64,000 bases of DNA from NCBI GenBank assembly GCA_043803945.1, contig JAZDJN010000042.1, positions 1 to 64,000 on the forward strand, written 5' to 3'. Positions 56,113 to 64,000 of this stretch are shown in pieces. The number at the start of each line of letters is the position of its first letter. The stretch's first letter is position 1. The DNA comes from a bacterium (GTDB lineage: Bacteria; Bacteroidota; Ignavibacteria; UBA10030). The notes under the pieces are model-generated. The model was not told where the DNA came from, ran no database searches, and saw nothing but the letters and a program-made list of their open reading frames with translations. Both the position numbers and the translations under genes were made by a program.

Positions 56113-57885
56113 ATGAAATGGTTTTATAATCTCAAAATTCGGACAAAATTGCTGCTGAGCTCACTCTTTATGGTTGTTATCGCGGGATCGATTGGTATCG
56201 TGGGATTCTTGAATACAACAACATTAAGCAAAGCGACTAATAATATCTATTCCAATGAAATCCAGCACTCGACAAGGCTTCAGGGCTTGAGTACGGCATT
56301 TCAGCGGATGCACAGTGATTTTATACTCGTTGTTCTGGGGAGAACAGAGGAAGAGAAAATGGTCTATGCCCAGAAAGCAGAGATGCGGAATGGTGAAATG
56401 TGGCGGTTTGCCTCGGAGATTGAGCAGGATCTGGAGACTCCTGAGGAAAAGCAGGCGTTCAAGAAATTCAGGGATGCAATTGATGTACTGAGCGTTCAGC
56501 GTGAAAATGTTGTGGATCTCGTCACATCGAATAAAATTAAGGAAGCCAAAGAGTTGCTGTATGGCGGTGTGGAACAAACGCGACAGTCTATGCATGAAGC
56601 ATTGATGAAATTAGTCGATATCAACCTGGAAGCATCGCGAAGCGCAGCAGAACGGGCCGTTGCCAATGCGGGGTATGCTAAACTGCTCATCACTATCGTT
56701 CTGGCAACAGGGATTATCGTGGCAATTTTTCTTGGATTCTTTATCGCGCGTACGGTCAGCAGTCCGGTGAATATGGTTGTCAGGAGTATCAGAAATGCCG
56801 ATCTCAACACGTCATTCCAATCCCAGCGGAAGGATGAAGTGGGTGATCTCATGAGGGCGTTCGATGATTTTGTGCTGGCAATAAAAAATACTCTCATCAA
56901 AGTGATGGAGGCTGCTACTGCAGTCGCAAGTGCATCTGCTGAAATTTCTGCCAGTACAGAACAGATGGCCGCAGGTGCTCAGGAACAGAGCACACAAGCA
57001 ACAGATGTCTCCTCGGGTGTTGAACAGATGACCAAAACGATTTACGACAACGCGAAAAATGCGGCAAGCACAACCGATACGGCCAACGAGGCAAAACAAG
57101 CTGCTAAGCAGGGCGGCAAGGTGGTAAAGGAAAGCATCGATGCCATGCGTCGTATCGCCCATGTCGTAAAAGAGTCCGCAGAGACAGTCCGTGCTCTTGG
57201 AAAATCGAGCAACCAAATTGGGGAAATCGTCTCCGTGATTGATGATATCGCCGATCAAACCAATTTGCTCGCTCTGAACGCCGCCATTGAAGCAGCCCGG
57301 GCTGGTGATCAGGGACGTGGTTTTGCCGTTGTCGCTGATGAAGTACGTCGATTGGCCGAACGTACGACGAAGGCAACAAAAGAAATCGCCGAGATGATCA
57401 GAAAGATTCAGCGGGATACCTCGGAAGCCGTTCATTCGATGGAAAAAGGGACGAAGGAAGTTGACCAGGGAATCAAACTTGCAGATGCTGCGGGCAATTC
57501 CTTGAGATCAATCGTGGAGATCTCTCAGGTTGTTACGGATAAGGTTGCTCAGATCGCTGCTGCGAGCGAACAGCAGGCAGGTGCGAGTGAAGAAATCTCG
57601 AGGAACGTCGAAGCGATCAGTGCGGTCACACAAGAAACAGCAAGCGGGATACAGCAGATTGCCAGGACTGCCGATGATATGAATAAGCTCACGGAAGCAC
57701 TCCAGCAATTGATCCAAAATTTCAAGATTCATTCCGCAGAAGATAGTGCAAAAGTATCCCCGGGAGTAACCTCCTTCAACCAGGAAGACAATGCTCAAGG
57801 CTATTCGGGGAAATCGTTTCTGAAAGGGATTTTTGATCAGTTGAAAGGGAAAATTTCAAAACACGTTGAACGTGAGCCTGCCTGA
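56113..57885 (+). CDS. Methyl-accepting chemotaxis protein
   Basis: [12 protein letters not shown] 4HB_MCP-type start, HAMP, MCP hairpin. Confidence 0.96.
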   Translation: MKWFYNLKIRTKLLLSSLFMVVIAGSIGIVGFLNTTTLSKATNNIYSNEIQHSTRLQGLSTAFQRMHSDFILVVLGRTEEEKMVYAQKAEMRNGEMWRFASEIEQDLETPEEKQAFKKFRDAIDVLSVQRENVVDLVTSNKIKEAKELLYGGVEQTRQSMHEALMKLVDINLEASRSAAERAVANAGYAKLLITIVLATGIIVAIFLGFFIARTVSSPVNMVVRSIRNADLNTSFQSQRKDEVGDLMRAFDDFVLAIKNTLIKVMEAATAVASASAEISASTEQMAAGAQEQSTQATDVSSGVEQMTKTIYDNAKNAASTTDTANEAKQAAKQGGKVVKESIDAMRRIAHVVKESAETVRALGKSSNQIGEIVSVIDDIADQTNLLALNAAIEAARAGDQGRGFAVVADEVRRLAERTTKATKEIAEMIRKIQRDTSEAVHSMEKGTKEVDQGIKLADAAGNSLRSIVEISQVVTDKVAQIAAASEQQAGASEEISRNVEAISAVTQETASGIQQIARTADDMNKLTEALQQLIQNFKIHSAEDSAKVSPGVTSFNQEDNAQGYSGKSFLKGIFDQLKGKISKHVEREPA

Positions 57886-57938
57886 TACCGGAAGGCTTTC
57901 GTTTCACTATCACCTCATTAATAATTGTGGTTAGTCCT

Positions 57939-58313
57939 ATGAAAAAAATGTATTTCGTACTACTGTTGCTGGCAGTTCTGAGCGCAACAGTGGTGGCACA
58001 ACAGGCCGGAGACGATGAAAATACCCCACCGCCGGAGTATGTTCCTTACGATAAAGCCCCGGAGCCTGTCAAAATGGTACAGCCGAAATACCCATCCATT
58101 GCAATTCAGAAAAAAGTTCAGGGAACGGTCTGGGTTTCCATGTGGGTCACGAAGAGCGGCGTCGTGAAAAAAGTCGATATTGCCAAGACCGATAGCCCCT
58201 TTCTCAATCAGGCAGCAATAGACGCGGCGATGCAATGGACGTTTACACCGGCAACGATCAGGAATTTACCGGTTGCCGTGTGGGTGAAATTGCCGTTTAA
58301 ATTCAGATTGTGA
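57939..58313 (+). CDS. Small secreted TonB C-terminal-domain protein
   Basis: Signal peptide, short Pro-rich stretch, P.YP..A....QGTV.V...V...G.V, AAIDAA.QW.F.PA, F.F end. Confidence 0.85.
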   Translation: MKKMYFVLLLLAVLSATVVAQQAGDDENTPPPEYVPYDKAPEPVKMVQPKYPSIAIQKKVQGTVWVSMWVTKSGVVKKVDIAKTDSPFLNQAAIDAAMQWTFTPATIRNLPVAVWVKLPFKFRL

Positions 58314-58395
58314 TCGGAGTAACACAATACTTCAGAATCTGGGTCAGGTATCCAGGAGTATTGATCTCACGCTATGAAGAGAAAGTTCTAGACGT

Positions 58396-59829
58396 ATGAC
58401 GAGCTCAATGAGGGAACTCATTACAATTCTGCTGACGCACGAAGATATTGACACGCGGAGGAATGCAGCAGAAGAACTTGCCGAGTCGAAGGAAATGCCG
58501 GCAATAACCGCCCTTACGACGGTACTCGAAGATAACAGTACCGGTGTGCGCGATGCAGCAGCCCGATCGCTGCTTTCCATCGGCGGCCCAACGGTTGCCC
58601 GGGCGATTGCTAATTATATTGCGAATGAGAATATCACCACTCGCAATCTCGCCGCAAAACTGCTTATGCAACTGGGTGCAGCATCGATTCCCGCACTCCT
58701 CCCGTTTGTGCAGGATCCCAACAAGGATACGCGGAAATTTGCCGTTGATATTCTTGGAGAGATTCGGAACAGCGGCTGTGTGTATTACCTGTTGCCATTA
58801 TTGCAGGATGACGATTCAAATGTCATCTGCTCGACACTTGAGGCACTGGGGAATATCAAGAGCGTCCAGGCGATTCCCGCAATCTGTGAAGCGTTTGAGG
58901 CGCATCCCTTCGCACGGACAGCTGCTGCAGAAGCGTTAGGAAAAATTGCCAATCCGAATGCGAAAGAGTTTTTGTTGACAAAGTTGAAAGGCGGCCTTGA
59001 AGAGCGGCTCTATGAACCGATTGAGCTTTTTGCAATCCTTGAGGCGATTGGAAACGTCGGTGATCAGAAAGTAGTCAACTATCTGTTGGAGCATGCCAGG
59101 GATGTAGAAGGGAAGTTGCGAAATATGCTTCTGCATGCCGCGGTACAAATTATCGAGCAGCAGGAAACAGCGTTTCATTTCCCGGCTGCACTCCGTTCTG
59201 GCTTCCTGAGCGCACTGCAGGATGATGATGAGAATATCCGTATTAGTGCTGTCAAGGGGCTGTCGCAATTTGAAGAGCAAGATGTTACCCGGGCATTACT
59301 GAGCGTGCTGGGAATTTCTGAAGAGCTAGATTTTCTCCTCTTCTCTGAGCTTCTTGGCCGAGACGATGTCTTCCGTATGGCGGTTGATGCCCTCGAGGAA
59401 GCGAGAATCCGTTGTAAGAAAGAATTGATCCTTCTCATTGGCAAATTGGCGTTTGAAGCCATTCGCCGCTATAAATATTTCAAGAGTTACCAGATTGATG
59501 GATCATTGGTGCAGCGTGCCTTTGAGCTGATTATGAATGAATGGCGGCTGGCTGACCAGGAAGTTCGCTCCATCATTCTCGATACACTATTCCGCCTGAA
59601 TGGCGATCAGGCAGTGGAACGAATGAATCAGATCGTCTCTGACCCGGATCCCTGGATTCGCGTGCATGTCATCGAGCTGCTATCCGATGTCAAGGATCAG
59701 CGCGCAGCGATCTTTATTGCACAATTTCTCAATGATGATGATGAAATGGTTCGGGAGGCGGCAATCTCAAATTTGCAGGCGCGCGGTATTGCAATCGATA
59801 TCCCTCAATGGGGCGAACCCGAGTATTAA
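58396..59829 (+). CDS. HEAT/PBS-lyase repeat protein in the chemotaxis operon
   Basis: Repeated L.D....VR..A...L units along 477 aa. Confidence 0.9.
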   Translation: MTSSMRELITILLTHEDIDTRRNAAEELAESKEMPAITALTTVLEDNSTGVRDAAARSLLSIGGPTVARAIANYIANENITTRNLAAKLLMQLGAASIPALLPFVQDPNKDTRKFAVDILGEIRNSGCVYYLLPLLQDDDSNVICSTLEALGNIKSVQAIPAICEAFEAHPFARTAAAEALGKIANPNAKEFLLTKLKGGLEERLYEPIELFAILEAIGNVGDQKVVNYLLEHARDVEGKLRNMLLHAAVQIIEQQETAFHFPAALRSGFLSALQDDDENIRISAVKGLSQFEEQDVTRALLSVLGISEELDFLLFSELLGRDDVFRMAVDALEEARIRCKKELILLIGKLAFEAIRRYKYFKSYQIDGSLVQRAFELIMNEWRLADQEVRSIILDTLFRLNGDQAVERMNQIVSDPDPWIRVHVIELLSDVKDQRAAIFIAQFLNDDDEMVREAAISNLQARGIAIDIPQWGEPEY

Positions 59830-60746
59830 TTCCAAGACTTCCTGGCAGTGGAGAGCAAACGACAGTGCTACAACCAATACCTTCTGTGACACCTTCTCGG
59901 TTATCGACAGGGCCTCTCCTGGACGACTTGACCTTCTATGCTCTGCGCGAATTTATCTATGAGCGTACCGGAATATTTTTCCCGGATAAGAAAAAATATC
60001 TGATTGAAGGAAGGCTTGGAAAACGATTACAGATACTCAAACTCGAAAGCTTCGAGGATTACATCCAATTACTGAAATATGGACGTAAGAAGGATGAAGA
60101 ATTTGATTATCTCTGCGAAGCGATCACCATTAACGAGACATTCTTCTTCCGGAATGAGCCCCAATTTGATGCGATTGAACAGACTGTTATCCCGGAGTTG
60201 GTACGTGCAAAGCAGGCCCAGCTCTCCCCCAAAATCCGCATCTGGAGTGCAGGTTGTTCCTCAGGCGAGGAGCCATACACGCTGGCAATGATATTTCTAG
60301 AATGTCTGAAACCCAAATATCCCTCCCTGAGTCTGGAAATCGTTGGGACTGATATAAACGGTTCGGTTCTTCAGATAGCACGACGGGCGATCTATAGTGA
60401 ATATTCCATTCGTAACATGCCACAGGCATTTCTTGAGAAATATTTTTCTGTTGAAAATGGCCGGTACGTGCTTCGCCCTGACTTGAAGCAGATGGTGAGC
60501 TTTCGTTATCTCAACCTCTATGATCGTACCCAGATGAAAACGATGCGCAATTTCGATATCATTCTCTGTCGGAATGTGCTCATCTATTTTGACTTAAAAT
60601 CCAAAATTCAGGTTGTTTCAGATCTCTATGGCAGCCTGAACTATGGAGGAGCACTCTTCATCGGCTATTCTGAATTACTGCATGGAATCTCGACTGCCTT
60701 TAAGGTGAAGAGCCTCGTAAAGACAACAGCATATAAAAAGGAGTAA
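59808..60746 (+). CDS. cheR: Chemotaxis methyltransferase CheR
   Basis: TINETFFFR, IWSAGCSSGEEPYT, FDIILCRNVLIYFD, FIGYSE; the true start may be slightly downstream. Confidence 0.95.
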   Translation: MGRTRVLIPRLPGSGEQTTVLQPIPSVTPSRLSTGPLLDDLTFYALREFIYERTGIFFPDKKKYLIEGRLGKRLQILKLESFEDYIQLLKYGRKKDEEFDYLCEAITINETFFFRNEPQFDAIEQTVIPELVRAKQAQLSPKIRIWSAGCSSGEEPYTLAMIFLECLKPKYPSLSLEIVGTDINGSVLQIARRAIYSEYSIRNMPQAFLEKYFSVENGRYVLRPDLKQMVSFRYLNLYDRTQMKTMRNFDIILCRNVLIYFDLKSKIQVVSDLYGSLNYGGALFIGYSELLHGISTAFKVKSLVKTTAYKKE

Positions 60747-60755
60747 TCAAATACT

Positions 60756-61121
60756 ATGGCTACAAGTATTCTTGTTGTGGATGACTCAGCAACTGTTCGC
60801 AAGTTTGTTGCAACGGCACTGAATCTGAAGGGGTACCAGGTAATCACAGCATCGGACGGGATGGAGGCCCTTGAAAAAATGCCTCTCCAGCGGATTGACC
60901 TGATCATCACTGATCTCAATATGCCCGATATGGACGGCTTTGAGTTTATTCGGACTGTCAAAGATACACCCGAATATTGTGAGATTCCCATCATCATTCT
61001 CTCCTCCGTTTCTGATATGGAATCGAAGGAAAAAGGATTAAAATTGGGCGCTTATTCGTATGTCGAAAAGCCCTTCAGTGCCGATAAAATTCAGGAAGAA
61101 GTTCGAAGGTTCCTGGTTTGA
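60756..61121 (+). CDS. cheY: CheY-like single-domain response regulator
   Basis: ILVVDDS, ITDLNMP, KPF. Confidence 0.85.
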   Translation: MATSILVVDDSATVRKFVATALNLKGYQVITASDGMEALEKMPLQRIDLIITDLNMPDMDGFEFIRTVKDTPEYCEIPIIILSSVSDMESKEKGLKLGAYSYVEKPFSADKIQEEVRRFLV

Positions 61122-61229
61122 TATCAAGATATTCTATTTTTTCGTCTATTTTTTGAGCATTGTTAACCAGTCAGCCTGCCAGGGGGCATTGATTGGAGGT
61201 TCAAAAAAACCATCCACTCACCTACTCCT

Positions 61230-61277
61230 TATAGGATATTTCTTAGAGAAGAATCAAAGCGTAGCCGATTTCTTACA
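61230..61277 (+). promoter_or_regulatory. Composite regulatory motif, copy B (upstream of cheY2-cheZ-cheZ-cheA)
   Basis: TATAGGATATTTCTTAGAGAAGAATCAAAGCGTAGCCGATTT followed by CTTACA. Confidence 0.55.
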
Positions 61278-61406
61278 CACCAGGTATGTTCTATATTAGT
61301 GCCAGATCCTAGAGCAGATACTATGGCAGTCAAAAAAAACTTCAAGAGCATCAATATTAAATCGAATTTCATTCCACACTCAAATCACTAGTAGAGGGGC
61401 ATCACG

Positions 61407-61799
61407 ATGCTAGCACTCAGATTCCTTATCGTCGATGATTCAATCACCATCCGACGCATCATCATCAATGCTTTAAAAGCGATTGGCTATGCGAACACGC
61501 TCGAGGCCGCCAATGGCAAAGAAGCAATGCAAAAACTGGCCGAGAACGGAATAGATTTTATTATTACCGATTGGAACATGCCGGAGATGAATGGGTTGGA
61601 ATTCACCAAAGCTGTCCGTGCAAGTAATGCAACGGCAGAGCTGCCGATTCTTATGATCACCACCCGTGGTACAGAAAGCGATGTCATCGAGGCATTGCAG
61701 GCTCGTGTGAACAGCTACATTGTCAAACCGTTCACGCCTCAGGAGCTGAGAGAAAAAATCGATGAGATATTGAAATCCATGAAAACTCAGGCTGCATAA
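61407..61799 (+). CDS. cheY: Chemotaxis response regulator CheY
   Basis: FLIVDDS, ITDWNMP, LMIT, YIVKPFTP.L.EKI. Confidence 0.92.
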   Translation: MLALRFLIVDDSITIRRIIINALKAIGYANTLEAANGKEAMQKLAENGIDFIITDWNMPEMNGLEFTKAVRASNATAELPILMITTRGTESDVIEALQARVNSYIVKPFTPQELREKIDEILKSMKTQAA

Positions 61800-61901
61800 C
61801 AAACAGGTGGACGTGGTGAAAAAAACAATCGTAATAAGTGAACGACCAGATCTCAGCGGAAGTCAATGCTGCATGGTTCAACACGAAGGAGCGGGTACGC
61901 T

Positions 61902-62675
61902 ATGAATCCCCAACAGTTAGACAATGTCCTTCAGAAGGTTTCGGAACTGAAAGTGTTCTTCGACTTTGGCGAGCGAACGCTGCCATTGTTGGAAGAAGTG
62001 GCAACATTCACGCAGGAGATCGGCCCAGTCATAGAAGGAATCAAATCGCTGGTCGATGTCACATCGCAAAAATTGCCCAAAGCGGCGGAGCAATTAGGCC
62101 GAGTGAACCAATTTGCCGAACGGGCCTCAAATGATATCCTCAATACAGTCGATAAAATGGTGGCTACAATTGAGGGAATGCAAACACCCGATCATAACCG
62201 CGTGGTTGGCGATCTGGTCGATGATACGACTAAGAAAGTGAGTTCGATCGTAGATTCTCTGGCGAGGCGGTTTGGCAATGATGAAGACATCATCGAGCTC
62301 CTGAATGCATGGGATCTCCATTCTCAGAGCTTGAGTGCGTTAAATACGCCAACGACGATGCAAATGAAATTGGAGAGCCTCCGTGAGGATTGCACCAATA
62401 TCATGATGTCACTGCAGGTGCAGGATATCACCGGTCAGCAAATTGCTTCCGTGATCGGCTTAATGCAGGCGGTTGACGATGTCCTCCGCAAACTGCTGAC
62501 GGAGGTTTCTGATATTATCCAATTCACTCAACCCGAGCAGCCGGTTGTCATTCTTCCCTCCACGGAATATGTTGGCATGGATGAACGGAAGAAGATGGTT
62601 GATTCTCTTCTTCGGAAGGCACGAACGGGAGATCTTTCGATAGAGAACGGCGGCAGTTCAGAGAAGAATAGTTAA
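61902..62675 (+). CDS. cheZ: CheZ-like phosphatase 1
   Basis: Helical protein with QL..V....ERASNDILN and IMMSLQVQDITGQQI (catalytic DxxxQ); AAGGAG RBS before ATG 61902. Confidence 0.75.
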   Translation: MNPQQLDNVLQKVSELKVFFDFGERTLPLLEEVATFTQEIGPVIEGIKSLVDVTSQKLPKAAEQLGRVNQFAERASNDILNTVDKMVATIEGMQTPDHNRVVGDLVDDTTKKVSSIVDSLARRFGNDEDIIELLNAWDLHSQSLSALNTPTTMQMKLESLREDCTNIMMSLQVQDITGQQIASVIGLMQAVDDVLRKLLTEVSDIIQFTQPEQPVVILPSTEYVGMDERKKMVDSLLRKARTGDLSIENGGSSEKNS

Positions 62676-62733
62676 GTGCACGTGAACCTAGTTCTGATCA
62701 TTGAATTCAACTACCAATACTCGTAGGTATATC

Positions 62734-63372
62734 ATGGCTGAAAACAAAATTCCCGAGAAGATAATCGAAGCTGGTGCTGTTGAGAGTGTAGTGATTGCAT
62801 TGCATAAGGTCATCGACCTTCTCGACCGCATTAAAACGACAATCGAAGAAAGTTCGAATAAGATTCCGAGGGCGGCAGTCCAGTTGCATACGGTTACCCA
62901 GGCGACCGAAATGGCGACAGTCGAAATTATGAATGTGTTGGATACGATGACACATAAGTTCACCTCCCTCGAGAGCGAACTCTCAACAGTGCGTGGAATG
63001 CTGGCTTCGGAGGATGGGAATGTCATTATCGATTCTATTGAATCGACTCTCACGAAAGTCAAACAGGATATCACGAATATCATGATGGCGCTCCAGGTTC
63101 AGGATATTACCGCCCAGAAGATTGCGGCAGCGAATCACCTCATCGAATCCGTCCGGAAGGAAATTATTCATGAACTAAACTACTTCGAGAGCTCCGAGAA
63201 GGATGCTATCGAAGAGGCAATCGTGAGAAAACCCGCCGAAGACAGTGAGGATCAGGCCCACCATTTCGATAAGAATGCGTCCTTCAGAAAATCGGCAGAA
63301 CATCAGGAACGGATCGATAAAGTGGTGCAGCAATGGCGCGAAAAACAATCTGATTCCGACTCAAAAGAATAA
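62734..63372 (+). CDS. cheZ: CheZ-like phosphatase 2
   Basis: QL..VTQATEMAT.EIMN, IMMALQVQDITAQKI, C-terminal QERIDKVV helix. Confidence 0.78.
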   Translation: MAENKIPEKIIEAGAVESVVIALHKVIDLLDRIKTTIEESSNKIPRAAVQLHTVTQATEMATVEIMNVLDTMTHKFTSLESELSTVRGMLASEDGNVIIDSIESTLTKVKQDITNIMMALQVQDITAQKIAAANHLIESVRKEIIHELNYFESSEKDAIEEAIVRKPAEDSEDQAHHFDKNASFRKSAEHQERIDKVVQQWREKQSDSDSKE

Positions 63373-63411
63373 CGTCCGTTCCCTCACACGAGCAAAACTA
63401 TTGGAACAAGC

Positions 63412-64000
63412 ATGAGCGAAGAGATGAAAGAACAGATCGAACCGACAGCGTCCCTGGGATTTGACAATGAGATGGCAGAGATCTTCGAAAGTTTCGTGAT
63501 CGAGTCGAATGAGATCATCGAGCATCTGGGACGCGATCTTCTGGAGCTTGAAAAAACACCTGCCAACATCGAGCTCCTGCATAAGATCTTTCGGGGGATG
63601 CATACGCTGAAAGGAACATCCTCATTTCTGGGATTCAACCAGATGACTGAACTCGGTCATAGTTGTGAGGATTTACTGAATAAGCTCCGAAAAGGAGAGT
63701 TGGTTGCTACTGCGGCAATGATCGATGTTATGTTTAAAGCCTATGATATGATCAAAGTGCTGCTCGAGAGAATTGAAAAAAAGAATATGCAGCCCGTCGA
63801 CTTTTCTCACATCGTGCAGAAACTTCAGGCTGAGATTCAGGGTGCAAGCCAGGTGAAGGCACGTGAAAAAACATCCGACGGTTCAGCACAACAGGTGGAA
63901 GAAAACGCAGCAGAATCAGCGGTGGCGAGCTTTTCAAAATCAACGGATACGACAATCCGGGTCGATGTCAATCGGCTTGACGATCTGATGAACCTGGTTG
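63412..64000 (+). CDS. cheA: Chemotaxis histidine kinase CheA (5' part; runs off the window)
   Basis: Not in the ORF track because it is open to the edge; translated by hand as Hpt IFRGMHTLKGTSSFLG...HSCEDLLNKLR, then P3 start TIRVDVNRLDDLMNLV. Confidence 0.93.
   Translation, partial: MSEEMKEQIEPTASLGFDNEMAEIFESFVIESNEIIEHLGRDLLELEKTPANIELLHKIFRGMHTLKGTSSFLGFNQMTELGHSCEDLLNKLRKGELVATAAMIDVMFKAYDMIKVLLERIEKKNMQPVDFSHIVQKLQAEIQGASQVKAREKTSDGSAQQVEENAAESAVASFSKSTDTTIRVDVNRLDDLMNLV

Noticed and set aside
61254-61271. Sigma28 promoter suggested by GCCGAT
   Set aside because: No TAAA-like -35 at about 15-bp spacing; the CCGAT is better explained as part of the composite motif shared with 51797-51838
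1-64000. tRNA, rRNA, CRISPR array, integron integrase, recognisable defence or phage genes
   Set aside because: None recognised by eye; covariance-model and HMM searches were not run, so small RNAs could be missed

Overview
Bacterial chromosomal window, most likely Ignavibacteriota or a related FCB-group lineage (inferred from secreted proteins ending in a QNYPNPFNP-type C-terminal sorting domain). From left to right: (1) the probable right end of an IS element; (2) a xylan/xylose locus with three secreted GH10 xylanases (one carrying two GH10 domains), a GH120-like beta-helix protein, xylA, a Zn-polyol dehydrogenase and only the 3' stump of a xylulokinase-type kinase; (3) at about 12.4-15.9 kb, four unrelated co-oriented ORFs separated by attC-like sites with no integrase in view (CALIN-like cassette array), bordered by nested MITE/REP elements and an amber-interrupted gene; (4) housekeeping and accessory genes (M16 and C69 peptidases, DRG-like GTPase, HYC_CC_PP/HMA/TonB-receptor metal locus, URO-D-family protein, RRM protein, ychF, class IV aminotransferase, heparinase II/III-like lyase, a doubly deleted acyl-CoA ligase); (5) a co-oriented signalling block of about 27 kb with five sensor kinases, an Rcp1-like and a NarL-like regulator, three MCPs, CheW, a TonB-C protein, a HEAT-repeat protein, CheR, two CheY, two CheZ-like proteins and a P2-less CheA that runs off the end. 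A shared 42-bp motif precedes both chemosensory gene blocks. No rRNA, tRNA or CRISPR array was recognised. All calls come from reading motifs by eye; no searches were run.
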